Origin: Defluviitaleaceae bacterium
GTDB lineage: Bacteria; Bacillota; Clostridia; Lachnospirales; WRAX01
Direction of reading: 5' to 3'
Length of the DNA: 34,541 nucleotides
Assembly: GCA_009787945.1 (NCBI GenBank)
Contig: WQSI01000003.1
Span: forward strand, 1 to 34,541
Positions 7,796-18,650 of this stretch are shown here, piece after piece. Position numbers and translations under genes: made by a program. Each line of letters opens with the position of its first letter. Within the stretch, counting starts at the first letter, position 1. The notes beneath the pieces are model-generated. The model saw only the letters and a program-made list of their open reading frames with translations, did no database searches and was not told the DNA's origin.

Positions 7796-9082
7796 TTAAA
7801 CCGCCGTTTCTTCGGGCAAAAACAGCTCTTCATCTGTAAGCATTGCCGTTGTGCCAAATTTCTCATCGGTTTCGATAAGTTTGCCTGCTTTGGCAACATA
7901 TTCATCCACCATTTCTGTGATGACCAAAGCATCCTTGCCAGGGCTTGATTTCATAGATGTCAAAACATCCCAAATTTGCGCGCTTCTGGTGTCCAGGCGT
8001 TTAAGGCTACTCTCAATCAACGCCTTTTCTTTGGTTAAGTCGCTGTGGAAGGTTAGCTTGTCATCAATGTTGAGGGTTGAGGCAAATTTCTCGATGCTAC
8101 TGTAATTCCTGTCCATGCCTTTGTCTTTAAGGAAAAAGTCAATTGCCCCTTCTGTTTGTGACATAATGTCCCGCAGGCTGTCCAGCCTTTTTGTCAAGAA
8201 TTTGTAATTGTTATAGTCCTCCAAATTGTTTTCTAACATTTGGGAATTGCGCACCTTATACTTGCGGTATTTGTAATTCAAGTAGTTAGTGAAATGGGCA
8301 TAGTTAGCAATCTTTTTGTTAAGCAAGGTGATTGCCCTGCTTTGTTTTTTAGCGTTCATCCGCAGTTCATACCGTAATTTTTGCCGCAGGCTGTATAAAA
8401 GCCCTGCGATAACAATAATGAAAACAAGCATCCCCGCCAAAATCAAAATTGTGTTGATTTGATGGACTGCATATAAAAACACAAGAACAAGGCAAGCCGC
8501 CGCAAAAAACAGCACTGTTGCAATGGCGAGTTTGTATAAAAAATCCCCTGCGTTGGTTAGGCGTTCTCTGGCATGTTCAAGCACCATTTTTTCGCCTTCC
8601 AGATAGCCAATGTCCTTTTTAAACATCCGCTGCCGTTCCTCAGCAAACTTAATTTCTGGCACAGAATTTTGGGCATCCTCCTGCAATTTGCCTAAATCGC
8701 TTAAACCTGCGTCAAAATCTGTCACCTGGTATTTTAGGGCGTTGGACTCTCGCGACATATTCATGTATCTATCCAGCAAATCCTTTAAATCCTCAACATC
8801 TTCTTTTGACAGCCTGCCATAGGCGGCAACGCCCTCCATTCGCTCTTCCACATCCCTAAGGCGGTTGATAAGGACAATGCGGTCAGACACAATGTTCAAC
8901 GCCTCATCACACAACATAGCGGCATTTACAATGTTTTCCCGCCTGCCCTCTTGCTCCACAAATTTTGAGAAACTGCTGGGCTTTTCGTCACCACTTTCCC
9001 TTCGCTTCACTGGATACAATTTGTTAATAAAGTCTAAAAAGCGATTAAACACGCCAACTTTCTGCTTTTTCTCCCTAAACAT
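7796..9082 (-). CDS. Hypothetical membrane protein (two central TM helices, coiled-coil flanks)
   Basis: 428-aa ORF with two hydrophobic stretches near the middle; start overlaps the dcd end. Confidence 0.75.
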   Translation of the reverse strand: MFREKKQKVGVFNRFLDFINKLYPVKRRESGDEKPSSFSKFVEQEGRRENIVNAAMLCDEALNIVSDRIVLINRLRDVEERMEGVAAYGRLSKEDVEDLKDLLDRYMNMSRESNALKYQVTDFDAGLSDLGKLQEDAQNSVPEIKFAEERQRMFKKDIGYLEGEKMVLEHARERLTNAGDFLYKLAIATVLFFAAACLVLVFLYAVHQINTILILAGMLVFIIVIAGLLYSLRQKLRYELRMNAKKQSRAITLLNKKIANYAHFTNYLNYKYRKYKVRNSQMLENNLEDYNNYKFLTKRLDSLRDIMSQTEGAIDFFLKDKGMDRNYSSIEKFASTLNIDDKLTFHSDLTKEKALIESSLKRLDTRSAQIWDVLTSMKSSPGKDALVITEMVDEYVAKAGKLIETDEKFGTTAMLTDEELFLPEETAV

Positions 9083-9611
9083 ATTTCACATCCTTATAAA
9101 TTTGGCTGGCTTGAACGCCGCTGTTTTTTTGATATTTGCCCTTATATGGTTCGTAATTACCTTCAATTTTATGATAATAAATCTGGCAAATCCGCTCTTT
9201 CGGGTAAATCTTAACGGGGTGAAGGGTGTGGATTTCTAATGTCCAATATCCTGAAAAGCCCACATCTCCAAAGCCTGCCGTCACATGGATGGACACTCCT
9301 AAACGCCCGATAGAGCTTCGCCCTTCAAGCATTGGCACATAGCCGTGGGTTTCGGTATATTCCAAGGTGCTGCCCAGATAAAGCTGCCCGGGTTGTAAAA
9401 CAAACCCATCTTCTGGGATGATAATTTCCTTTGTGGGGGTTTGGGTGTGCATGTCCAAAAACTCCCCCTCCTTTAGGTCATAAACCTGCAAAATGTTGTT
9501 AAGGCGCAAGTCGTAACTATTAGGACCAACCCGCTCGCCATCAAATGGCGTTATAATAATCTCCTTGCCCATTTCAGCAAGCCTTTTAATTTCTAAACCA
9601 GATAAAATCAT
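9075..9611 (-). CDS. dcd: dCTP deaminase
   Basis: MILSG, PNSYDLRL, EGRSSIGRLG, TAGFGDVGFSGYWTLEI, RICQI, YKGKYQ. Confidence 0.92.
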   Translation of the reverse strand: MILSGLEIKRLAEMGKEIIITPFDGERVGPNSYDLRLNNILQVYDLKEGEFLDMHTQTPTKEIIIPEDGFVLQPGQLYLGSTLEYTETHGYVPMLEGRSSIGRLGVSIHVTAGFGDVGFSGYWTLEIHTLHPVKIYPKERICQIYYHKIEGNYEPYKGKYQKNSGVQASQIYKDVKYV

Positions 9612-9963
9612 GGCGTTCCCCCTAAATTATATTTATCTTTGCCCCAAAGTTCGGGGTTGTTGGTGATGGTTATTAACATATGAACATGGTTCGGCATGAC
9701 AATATAGCAATCCAAATCCACATGGTTGTGTATTTTTGGGATGTTTTTGATGGCTTCATCAACAATTTACCATGTGGTGATAGGTACATACGGTGGCGGC
9801 TAATACCCGCCCCTACGCGGGATGGTGGGTTTTCTTCATGTTCGTTTACGATTTCCCCAAAAATATGGGCTTTGCCCTTTGTACAAATGGTGACAAAATA
9901 ACAACCTGCCTGACCATAATCATAATGCTTTAACCTAATGCCCTTCCGCCTTAACTTGCTCAT
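9608..9963 (-). pseudogene. REP-associated tyrosine transposase (RAYT, IS200-like), frameshifted and internally deleted
   Basis: RKGIRLKHYDY...YFVTICT N-terminus. After a frameshift near 9766 it continues IVDEAIKNIPKIH...YIVMPNHVHMLI (HUH motif), then jumps to ITNNPELWGKD; the catalytic Tyr region is missing. Confidence 0.85.
9793..9816 (-). repeat. GTAG-type REP-like element inside the RAYT remnant
   Basis: GTAGGGGCGGGTATTAGCCGCCAC. Confidence 0.6.
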
Positions 9964-12900
9964 TTTGCCTTATGGGCTGTGATTATGGTGTGGCTACCTG
10001 CGTTTATGGTTATAACACAACCATCACCTGTAACATACCAATTCTTACCTTTCTTTTCAATGTTGGTCGCTGTAGCAATTTGCTCTCTACACCATTGTAC
10101 CACATCCACCCCACCCAAGTCTAGGTTTTTTCGCACCCGTTCTGAGCCAAGTTCTGTTGTTTGAAGTTTATCCAGGGGGATTTCGGGCTTTTGCGGCTCA
10201 TGCACAGGGGCTTCCCCTAAAATTCTACCAAGATATTTCCCTGTATATGAAATTTCTGTTGCCGCTACCTGCTCTGGCGTGCCTTGGGCGATGACCATAC
10301 CGCCGCCGCCGCCGCCTTCAGGCCCCATGTCAATAATATGGTCAGCGGTTTTGATAACGTCCAAATTATGCTCAATAACTATAACAGAGTTGCCCCCTTC
10401 AGCAAGCTGCTGTAAAATGTCCACAAGCTTATGAACATCCGCCATGTGCAGCCCTGTTGTTGGCTCGTCCAGCACATAAATCGTCCGCCCTGTTGACCTT
10501 TTGCTAAGCTCCGTAGCAAGCTTAACCCGCTGGGCTTCCCCTCCAGATAATGTTGTAGAGGACTGCCCAAGCTTCACATAACCCAGCCCAACATCCATAA
10601 GAGTCTGGACTTTATCCCGCAACCGCGGCAAATTTTCAAAAAAACTGTGGGCTTGCTCCACTGTCATATCAAGAACATCAGCGATTGTTGCCCCCTTATA
10701 TTTCACCTCTAAAGTTTCGCGGTTGTATCTCTTGCCGTGGCAAACCTCGCAAGGTACAAAAATATCAGGCAAAAAGTGCATTTCGATTTTGATGATGCCA
10801 TCTCCCGAACAGGCTTCGCAACGGCCGCCCTTCACATTAAACGAGAAACGCCCTTTTTGGTAGCCCCGCACCTTAGCCTCTGGCACATTGGCGAAAATAT
10901 CCCGCACAAGGTCGAAAAGCCCTGTGTATGTGGCTGGGTTTGAGCGAGGTGTGCGCCCAATGGGGCTTTGGTCTATGTTGATAATTTTGTCAAGATGCTC
11001 CTGCCCTGTTAAATCTTCATGTTTGCCTGGTTTGCCCTTGGCACGGTTTAAATCCCGCGCAAGCCGCTTGTAAAGCACTTGATTAATCAAAGAGCTTTTG
11101 CCAGAGCCGCTAACCCCAGTAATTGCAACAAAGAGCCCCAAGGGAATGTCCACATCAATATTCTTCAAATTGTTTTCTTGCGCCCCAATAATGCGTAGTT
11201 GCTTTTCGGTGACTTGTCTGCGCTCCTTAGGCACTTCAATTGCCATGCGCCCGCTCATATAAGCCCCTGTCACGCTGTTTTCATCATTTAATATGCCGTC
11301 AATGGTGCCAGAATAGACCACCTCACCGCCATGGCAGCCAGCCCCTGGCCCAATGTCCACAATATGGTCAGCTTCCCGCATGGTGTCCTCGTCATGTTCC
11401 ACCACAATCAGGGTGTTGCCTAGGTCGCGAAGGTGCTTTAAGGTCTTTAGCAGCTTGTCATTATCCCGCTGGTGAAGCCCGATAGAAGGCTCGTCCAAAA
11501 TATAAACAACACCAACAAGCCCAGAACCAATCTGGGTAGCAAGACGAATCCGCTGGGCCTCCCCTCCAGACAGGGTTGCCGCCGCCCGCGCCAAAGTAAG
11601 ATAGTCCAGCCCTACATCCACCAAAAAGCCTGCCCGCGCCTTAATCTCCTTTAGGATAAGCTCGGCAATCTGCGCTTGTTGGGGGGTCAAGGTCAGCTCG
11701 CGGAAAAACTGGGTCAGCTCCCCAACGGGCATGGTGGTAATGTCGGTAATGTTTACCCCGCCAACTGTCACTGCCAAAATCTCCTCCCGCAGACGTTTCC
11801 CGTGACAGGCAGGACATTCGATATTAGTGATAAACGCCTCATATGACTGCCTTGCGTAGTCGCTTGTGGTTTCCTTATACCGCCGCGCTAGATTATTAAC
11901 CAGCCCTTCCCACTGATGCATAAAAATCCGCGGGTTGCCCCTTGTGTCTGTATATTCAATGGGAAAAGCCTCATCCCCGCCATATAAAATAATCCTGCGG
12001 GTTTCAATAGGTATTTTTTTAAAAGGCACAAGCAGGCTGAAGTTGTAATGCTTAGCAAGATGAAGGATGAAATTCCCTCCCCAAGTGCCTGCATTCCCCG
12101 CTTGGTTGTACCCTGGGGCAACGATAGCCCCCGCCTGTATGGAAATATCAGGGTTTGGCACGATAAGCTCGGGGTCAAATTCCATTTTAAAACCAAGACC
12201 TGCACACTCTCCACAAGCCCCTTGAGGATTGTTAAAAGAGAACATTCGCGGCTCGATACTAGCAAGGGAAATGCCATGGTCAGGGCAGGCGAAGTTTTGA
12301 GAGAAACTCAAATCCTTCTCACCTCCCACATCCACCAGCAAAAGACCGTCAGTCAAAGCCATCACAGTTTCAACAGACTGGGACAGACGGGCTTCAATGC
12401 CCTTCTTCACCACAATGCGGTCAACCACAACCTCGATATTATGCCGCTTGTTTTTCTCAAGCTTTATAGGCTCGTCAAGCTCCATCACAGTGCCATTAAC
12501 GCGCACGCGGGCATAACCCTCCCGCTTTGCATCCTCAAGCACCTTCTGATGCTCCCCCTTGCGGTCACGTACCACAGGGGCAAGAAGCTGTATTCTCGAC
12601 CCTTCCTCAAGCTCCAATATCTTATCCACAATTTGGTCAACGGTCTGCCGCACAATCTCCTTACCGCATTTTGGGCAATGTGGCACACCCACCCGAGCAT
12701 AAAGCAAGCGCAGATAATCATAAATCTCCGTCACCGTTCCCACTGTGGAGCGAGGGTTCTGGTTCGTGCTTTTCTGGTCAATAGAAATGGCAGGTGACAG
12801 TCCCTCAATACTGTCCACATCAGGCTTTTCCATCTGCCCCAAAAACTGGCGGGCATAGCTGGACAAGCTCTCCATATACCGCCGCTGCCCCTCTGCATAC

Positions 12901-13040
12901 AGGGTTTCAAAAGCCAAACTGCTCTTCCCCGACCCCGAAACCCCCGTAAACACCACCATAGCATCCCGCGGTATCTCCAAGTCAATATTCTTTAAGTTGT
13001 TTTCCCTCGCACCCTTAATTATAATCTTGTTTTTTGACAT
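9960..13040 (-). CDS. uvrA: Excinuclease ABC subunit A with a C-terminal DUF3781-like extension
   Basis: Two [10 protein letters not shown] Walker A motifs, LSGGEAQR, Zn fingers. About 85 extra residues follow the usual SYTGKYL end. Confidence 0.97.
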   Translation of the reverse strand: MSKNKIIIKGARENNLKNIDLEIPRDAMVVFTGVSGSGKSSLAFETLYAEGQRRYMESLSSYARQFLGQMEKPDVDSIEGLSPAISIDQKSTNQNPRSTVGTVTEIYDYLRLLYARVGVPHCPKCGKEIVRQTVDQIVDKILELEEGSRIQLLAPVVRDRKGEHQKVLEDAKREGYARVRVNGTVMELDEPIKLEKNKRHNIEVVVDRIVVKKGIEARLSQSVETVMALTDGLLLVDVGGEKDLSFSQNFACPDHGISLASIEPRMFSFNNPQGACGECAGLGFKMEFDPELIVPNPDISIQAGAIVAPGYNQAGNAGTWGGNFILHLAKHYNFSLLVPFKKIPIETRRIILYGGDEAFPIEYTDTRGNPRIFMHQWEGLVNNLARRYKETTSDYARQSYEAFITNIECPACHGKRLREEILAVTVGGVNITDITTMPVGELTQFFRELTLTPQQAQIAELILKEIKARAGFLVDVGLDYLTLARAAATLSGGEAQRIRLATQIGSGLVGVVYILDEPSIGLHQRDNDKLLKTLKHLRDLGNTLIVVEHDEDTMREADHIVDIGPGAGCHGGEVVYSGTIDGILNDENSVTGAYMSGRMAIEVPKERRQVTEKQLRIIGAQENNLKNIDVDIPLGLFVAITGVSGSGKSSLINQVLYKRLARDLNRAKGKPGKHEDLTGQEHLDKIINIDQSPIGRTPRSNPATYTGLFDLVRDIFANVPEAKVRGYQKGRFSFNVKGGRCEACSGDGIIKIEMHFLPDIFVPCEVCHGKRYNRETLEVKYKGATIADVLDMTVEQAHSFFENLPRLRDKVQTLMDVGLGYVKLGQSSTTLSGGEAQRVKLATELSKRSTGRTIYVLDEPTTGLHMADVHKLVDILQQLAEGGNSVIVIEHNLDVIKTADHIIDMGPEGGGGGGMVIAQGTPEQVAATEISYTGKYLGRILGEAPVHEPQKPEIPLDKLQTTELGSERVRKNLDLGGVDVVQWCREQIATATNIEKKGKNWYVTGDGCVITINAGSHTIITAHKAK

Positions 13041-13057
13041 TTTGCCCTCACTTTATC

Positions 13058-13648
13058 TCATCTTTTCCAGACTATGTGTCCATTAACTCCCAATCTTTCG
13101 TATTCTTTCAGTACATTTTCAGCTAAAACCATCACGTCGTTGTCACCGAAATTTTTACCGTATTCGTAAAGCCTAATAAACATCTTTTTGCCTGTTTCGG
13201 TCTGACCTAAATTTTTCTTCCTAAAATTATGAGTGCTGCATAAAACCTGCCCATTCTCAATAACGGCTTTGCCGCCCTTGTCTTTTGGTTTTATGTGGTC
13301 GATGTGCAGTTCCTCGCCATCTTCCCTACCTTTGCCACAGATAACACACTTATAACCATCGCGCTTTAAAATATACTGTTTCTGTTTTGTGGTAAAATCC
13401 TCCAAATCCGTTCTGGTTGTTGCAAGTTCTGGGTCATAACGATACACGCCTTTTGCAACTTTAATCAAAAATCCCTCTTGATGCAACTTTCTAATCCCTC
13501 TGTCAGGGTCACGAAAAACTGTACCAACTCTAGCTTGCCATTGTGAAGTCAACCAGTCCACCGCTTCCGCATGAGGTATGTCGCGATTGGGATTTTGCAT
13601 GTAAAATTCTCTTATTAAGCCAGACTGAGTAATTTTAGTTGTTTCCAC
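13058..13648 (-). CDS. HNH endonuclease, probable type II restriction enzyme
   Basis: RDGYKCVICG...LHIDHIKPKDKGG...NGQVLCSTHN; overlaps the 3' end of the methyltransferase. Confidence 0.85.
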   Translation of the reverse strand: METTKITQSGLIREFYMQNPNRDIPHAEAVDWLTSQWQARVGTVFRDPDRGIRKLHQEGFLIKVAKGVYRYDPELATTRTDLEDFTTKQKQYILKRDGYKCVICGKGREDGEELHIDHIKPKDKGGKAVIENGQVLCSTHNFRKKNLGQTETGKKMFIRLYEYGKNFGDNDVMVLAENVLKEYERLGVNGHIVWKR

Positions 13649-14595
13649 GCTAAATCCCCCTCATCAAAATCTCTGGAATTATTTTTTCCGCCCGTAACCA
13701 AAAACTCTTTTAATTGACAAGCTATATCAGCGATTACAGGAACGGCCACACTGTTACCCATTTGCCTATACATTTGCGTCCGCGAAACCGGGATTATAAA
13801 AGACTGGGGAAAGCCCATTATTGCCTTGCATTCCCCCTCTGTCAACAATCGTATTTTATCTCCATCTTTAACAAATGTGCCTGTTAGCCTTTGTATTTTA
13901 TGGTAAGTTGAAACTAATGTTTTAACGGGGGTATCAGTGGTTTCATCCACAATCTCTGGTCTGCCGTCGTCTTTCTTAAAAAGATATTTATTAACAATAT
14001 GCTCTGACATATCGTATCCCTGTGCGTTTTTCTCGATATGCCTTCCAATGCTTTGTTGCACTGGCTTAGGCTTTATATAGTCAAATGCTTTGCCGTATTT
14101 TTTATACACGCCAACAAAATACACACGTTTTCTGTTTTGGGGAACGCCATAATCAACAGCATTTAAATCAAGGGTTGTGGTATAATACCCAATATTACCC
14201 AATTCCTCCAAAATTGATTCAAAAACCCTTCCGCCCTCAATGGTACGTATGCCCGGCACATTCTCCAAAAGAAATGCATTGGGTTTCTTCCCTTCCAATA
14301 TGCGCAAAATCTCAAAAAACAAGTTGCCTTGGGTTTCATGCCCAAAACCCTGCCTTTTACCAATTGTACTAAAAGGCTGACAAGGAAAGCCCCCTGCCAA
14401 AATATGGTGGTCTGGTATGTCCCCGGCAGAAATTTGAGTTATATCCCCATGAGGAATTTCTCCAAAGTTCGCTTGATAGGTCTGTGCCGCAAACCTATCC
14501 CACTCCGACGAAAAAACACATTCCATACCGCTTTGCTCAAAGCCAAGGCGTATGCCGCCAATGCCCGCAAAAAGGTCTATGAATTTTAAGGTCAT
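13615..14595 (-). CDS. DNA (cytosine-5)-methyltransferase
   Basis: DLFAGIGG, GFPCQPFS, ENV, PQNRKRVY, QMGNSV. Confidence 0.95.
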   Translation of the reverse strand: MTLKFIDLFAGIGGIRLGFEQSGMECVFSSEWDRFAAQTYQANFGEIPHGDITQISAGDIPDHHILAGGFPCQPFSTIGKRQGFGHETQGNLFFEILRILEGKKPNAFLLENVPGIRTIEGGRVFESILEELGNIGYYTTTLDLNAVDYGVPQNRKRVYFVGVYKKYGKAFDYIKPKPVQQSIGRHIEKNAQGYDMSEHIVNKYLFKKDDGRPEIVDETTDTPVKTLVSTYHKIQRLTGTFVKDGDKIRLLTEGECKAIMGFPQSFIIPVSRTQMYRQMGNSVAVPVIADIACQLKEFLVTGGKNNSRDFDEGDLAWKQLKLLSLA

Positions 14596-14605
14596 GGCGT
14601 GCCTC

Positions 14606-15583
14606 CTAATACTTTACAGTTTTAGCTAAGTATGTTGCAATTTGTGCTCCACTTTTAACTTCTCTAAAACCACTTTCAATACATTCAAAATAAAGCCTAT
14701 ACCTTCCCTCATATGCCAATAAATTTTCTGTAGGAATCGCACCTGGCTCTACTTCAAAAAAGTAAAGACATCTGGCTTTTTCGTTGCTTAACATTAAATA
14801 AAATCCATCTGTAGTTACACGTTCGAAAAGAATATCAACAGAATATTTACCATGTTGCAATTTATTAGAAAAAGATGTTTCTTTTGGCACTTGCAAACCC
14901 TTAGTATGAGCAATTGAAAAAGCTTCGCTTTTCGATAAACGTTTATGAGTTCTTTGTAGGGTTAATTTAGGTGTGGTCACTTGCATCTTGGCTTCTTGGT
15001 GTAAAATTTGCAAGGCTTGGCTTATTTCTTTTGGAGTAAATCTATCAGCAAAATATTTCCTAAGAAGGTTGTTGACCAATTCTGGCGTGTTTTCTTGCCT
15101 GATAGCTTCCACATTTTTCGCAAAATTCGTCTTACTTTCAACCCATTCCTTAATTTCTACAACTTTAAAATCTTGTTTGCTAAAAAACGACACAAAATCT
15201 TCACCGTCATCACTGGGCTTCGTAAAAGATATTTCTAAATCATTATCAGCATGGTAGATATAAATTTTATCACCAATCAAAATTCCAGTTTCTATTCCTA
15301 AAAGCTTCATGTAACCAAACAGTTGTTGTTTATCTTTTTCTGTAGCTGTTTCTCTGTGGCGTTTAACTTCTACAATAAAATTATTGCCAACAAGCATGTC
15401 AATTCTAACATTTGTGTGCCCTATCGGGACGTTGTGCTGTCTTTTAATTTCTCCCATTAAAATGCTGTATCCGAAAAGCTCTGCAAAAATCTTTTCCCAG
15501 GTGGTTTCTATGGCGTTTTCTTGGGCATCAAGGTTTTCTTTGTATTTGTTTACGATTATTTCCCATTTATCAGCAGTTGTCAT
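14606..15583 (-). CDS. PD-(D/E)xK nuclease, HsdR-N-like domain protein
   Basis: RIDML...IVEVKR...QQLFGYM...GILIG pattern; AT-rich; no helicase domain. Confidence 0.65.
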   Translation of the reverse strand: MTTADKWEIIVNKYKENLDAQENAIETTWEKIFAELFGYSILMGEIKRQHNVPIGHTNVRIDMLVGNNFIVEVKRHRETATEKDKQQLFGYMKLLGIETGILIGDKIYIYHADNDLEISFTKPSDDGEDFVSFFSKQDFKVVEIKEWVESKTNFAKNVEAIRQENTPELVNNLLRKYFADRFTPKEISQALQILHQEAKMQVTTPKLTLQRTHKRLSKSEAFSIAHTKGLQVPKETSFSNKLQHGKYSVDILFERVTTDGFYLMLSNEKARCLYFFEVEPGAIPTENLLAYEGRYRLYFECIESGFREVKSGAQIATYLAKTVKY

Positions 15584-15592
15584 GTTCTCCCC

Positions 15593-17575
15593 CTAAAGCA
15601 ACTTTTTAACTTTGAAGATTTTATCCCGCAATTGAGCTGCCCGCTCGAAATGTAAGTCCATTGCTGCTTGCTTCATGTCCTTTTCTAGGGCTTTGATGTG
15701 GACAATAAGCTCTTCGCGGTTCATGGATTCTGGGTCTTTGGCTAGTTTGCCGCCTTTTTTGGGCTTGTCGTCCACTGTGGTGGTGGCTTGGATGATGTCG
15801 TGGACTTTTTTGACGATGGTTTGGGGGGTTATGCCGTGTTTTTCGTTGTAATCTAGCTGGATGGCGCGGCGGCGCATGGTTTCTGAAATGGCATATTCCA
15901 TGGAGCGGGTGACGCGGTCAGCATACATTATAACGCGGCCGTGGGAATTTCGCGCCGCGCGGCCAATGGTCTGCACCAAGGGAGTTTCGGAGCGGAGAAA
16001 GCCCTCTTTATCTGCGTCTAAAATCGCAACCAGGGCAACTTCGGGAATGTCAAGCCCTTCCCGCAGCAGATTAATGCCTATTAGCACATCAAAAACATCC
16101 ATGCGCAAATCACGGATAATTTCAAGGCGTTCTAGGGTCTTAATGTCTGAATGAAGGTAGCGCACAGCAATGCCGCTGTTTCGCAAATATTCCGTTAAAT
16201 CTTCTGCCATGCGCTTTGTTAGGGTGGTTACAAGGGTTTTAAAGCCTGCGTCTTTGGTTTTGCGGATTTCGGTTATCAAGTCATCAATTTGCCCGTTAAT
16301 GGGGCGAACGGAAATTTCAGGGTCAACAAGCCCTGTTGGGCGGATTATTTGCTCTGCCAGAAGTTGGCTATTGTCACGCTCATAGGCGGCAGGGGTGGCA
16401 GACACAAAAAGGGCGCGCTGCATTTTCTTTTCAAATTCTTCAAAACGCAGGGGGCGGTTGTCCAAAGCAGAAGGCAGGCGGAAGCCGTAATTTACCAGGG
16501 TTTCTTTGCGGGCGCGGTCGCCGTTGTACATGCCGCGGAACTGGGGCAGGGTCACATGGCTTTCATCTACAATCACCAAAAAATCCTCTGGGAAGTAGTC
16601 CAAGAGAGTGTGGGGCGTATCCCCAGCCTTGCCCCCAGCCAAATGGCGGCTGTAATTTTCAATACCGTTGCAAAAGCCCATTTCTTGCATCATTTCAATG
16701 TCGTATCTAGTGCGCTGGGCGATTCTCTGGGCTTCAATCAGCTTATCTTCTTGTTTTAATTGGGTTATTTGCAGGGCTAATTCTTCTTCGATGTCACCAA
16801 TTGCCCGCTCTAAATTTTCCTTGGTGGTGACATAGTGAGAGCCAGGGAAAATAGAAATATGGGTGCGCACTCCAAGGGCTTCACCAGTAAATGCATCAAT
16901 TTCTGATATTTTTTCAATTTCATCCCCAAAAAACTCCACACGGTAGGCGATGCTGTCGTTTGTGGTGGGGAAAATCTCCACCACATCCCCCCGCACCCTA
17001 AATGTACCCCGCTGAAAATTTAGGTCGTTTCGGTTGTATTGGATGTCAACAAGCTTGCGCAAAACCTCATCCCTATCCCTTATCATGCCAGGGCGCAGGG
17101 AAACCACCAAATTTTTATAATCCACAGGGCTGCCAAGCCCGTAAATGCAGGAAACAGAGGCAATAATTACAACATCTTTGCGCTCTGCAATTGCCGCCGT
17201 GGCAGAGTGGCGGAGCTTGTCAATCTCGTCATTTATGGCACTGTCTTTTTCGATATAAGTGTCGCTGGAAGGCACATAAGCCTCTGGCTGGTAATAATCA
17301 TAATAACTTACAAAATATTCCACAGCGTTATTCGGGAAAAACTCTTTAAATTCGTTATAAAGCTGGGCGGCAAGGGTTTTGTTGTGCGCCATAACAATAG
17401 TGGGCATTTGCAGACGCTGGATAATATTCGCCATGGTAAAGGTTTTGCCGCTGCCCGTTACCCCGAGAAGAGTGCCGAAGCGGTCGCCTTTCTCGAAGGC
17501 ATTTACCAGGGTATCAATAGCCTGTGGCTGGTCCCCTGTCGGCTGAAAGTTGGACACAATTTCAAATTTTTCCAC
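15593..17575 (-). CDS. uvrB: Excinuclease ABC subunit B
   Basis: [38 protein letters not shown]-terminal FERAAQLRD. Confidence 0.98.
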   Translation of the reverse strand: MEKFEIVSNFQPTGDQPQAIDTLVNAFEKGDRFGTLLGVTGSGKTFTMANIIQRLQMPTIVMAHNKTLAAQLYNEFKEFFPNNAVEYFVSYYDYYQPEAYVPSSDTYIEKDSAINDEIDKLRHSATAAIAERKDVVIIASVSCIYGLGSPVDYKNLVVSLRPGMIRDRDEVLRKLVDIQYNRNDLNFQRGTFRVRGDVVEIFPTTNDSIAYRVEFFGDEIEKISEIDAFTGEALGVRTHISIFPGSHYVTTKENLERAIGDIEEELALQITQLKQEDKLIEAQRIAQRTRYDIEMMQEMGFCNGIENYSRHLAGGKAGDTPHTLLDYFPEDFLVIVDESHVTLPQFRGMYNGDRARKETLVNYGFRLPSALDNRPLRFEEFEKKMQRALFVSATPAAYERDNSQLLAEQIIRPTGLVDPEISVRPINGQIDDLITEIRKTKDAGFKTLVTTLTKRMAEDLTEYLRNSGIAVRYLHSDIKTLERLEIIRDLRMDVFDVLIGINLLREGLDIPEVALVAILDADKEGFLRSETPLVQTIGRAARNSHGRVIMYADRVTRSMEYAISETMRRRAIQLDYNEKHGITPQTIVKKVHDIIQATTTVDDKPKKGGKLAKDPESMNREELIVHIKALEKDMKQAAMDLHFERAAQLRDKIFKVKKLL

Positions 17576-17756
17576 GAAAACACCGCCTTAAAATGTAGTA
17601 TCCTTAATTGTACCACAAAATGCCAAAGTCCACAAGCCCTAGGCAAGAATTTTTGGGGGCATTATGTAGCTTTTTAATTTTTTGTAATTTTAGAGCAGAC
17701 TTTATTATAAAGCGCACGTATATATTAAAAACACAACTACATAGGAGGAAAAGAAG

Positions 17757-18557
17757 ATGGATTTTAAAGATTTACGGGATGCACCAAACAGCAACGGCGC
17801 GCCGCCAGAAGTGATACCAGCTCCGACAATTCGTAGGAGGGTTTCCCCTGCGGTTATCGCCTTGTCTGCCCTGTCGGGGGTGTTGTTAATTGCTTTGACC
17901 GCTGTTACCACATTTTTAATCGTCACAAACCGCCAATTGGAACCGCAACCACAAATTACTGCCGTTGCAACTGTGCCAGTCCACAACAACGAGCCTTTTG
18001 ATTCTAGCTGGGTGGAGGATATGGTTGAAGCTGCCATTTCTCAAGCTGCTGTGTCCCAAACGGATTTAGGGTGGATAGGAGATTTGGTTAGCTCCGCTTT
18101 AGGCTCTGCCACGGCATGGGCTGATTGGGGCGAAGCTCAAGGAGATTTTTGGAGCAATTGGGCAGATAATTGGGAAAATAGTCGAAATGGTGGCTTTACT
18201 GGTAACTTCGGAAATTTTAATACTGCTTCCTGGGCGCATGACACTGTTGTTATTGACCTTGCTGATAGTAACGTGGAGTTTTTCCCAAACCACGATGCAA
18301 CCGATGTTAATTTGCGGTTTTTCAGCTACCCTCGAGGTAACTTTTTCGTGGAAACAGATGATTCGTTGCGCATTACCCAAGTAACGGGCAATCGTTTGGT
18401 TGGCGGTGATGAAGCCCCAACTTTGCGGGTATATTTGCCCCATTTCTGGAACTTTGACCATATATCCGTCAATACCCTCGGGGAAATACACATCGACGAC
18501 GCATTGACATTTGCTCTCCAAGGGGATAGACCGAAAATTTTACGTCCTTTGAATTAG
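17757..18557 (+). CDS. Single-TM membrane-anchored hypothetical protein
   Basis: RBS AGGAGG; hydrophobic segment at about aa 28-55; Trp-rich middle; beta-rich C-terminus. Confidence 0.7.
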   Translation: MDFKDLRDAPNSNGAPPEVIPAPTIRRRVSPAVIALSALSGVLLIALTAVTTFLIVTNRQLEPQPQITAVATVPVHNNEPFDSSWVEDMVEAAISQAAVSQTDLGWIGDLVSSALGSATAWADWGEAQGDFWSNWADNWENSRNGGFTGNFGNFNTASWAHDTVVIDLADSNVEFFPNHDATDVNLRFFSYPRGNFFVETDDSLRITQVTGNRLVGGDEAPTLRVYLPHFWNFDHISVNTLGEIHIDDALTFALQGDRPKILRPLN

Positions 18558-18559
18558 TA

Positions 18560-18588
18560 TTGAATTATTTTTTGAGCTGTGTTATAAT
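18560..18588 (+). promoter_or_regulatory. Sigma-A promoter of dnaX
   Basis: TTGAAT-17 bp-TATAAT with extended TG. Confidence 0.75.
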
Positions 18589-18650
18589 TGAAAAAGACCG
18601 CCCTTGTGCCTGTCACGAGGGCTATTTGTTTATACAAGGGGGCAATTCTC

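Noticed and set aside
13615-14595. Assigning a recognition sequence to the methyltransferase
   Set aside because: Cannot be supported without a REBASE comparison or methylome data.
17576-17700. LexA/SOS box upstream of uvrB
   Set aside because: No GAAC-N4-GTTC match was seen; only an extended -10 (TGGTACAAT) is present.
18590-18640. SRP RNA (scr) upstream of dnaX, as in B. subtilis
   Set aside because: Too short and lacks the conserved SRP domain IV motif.
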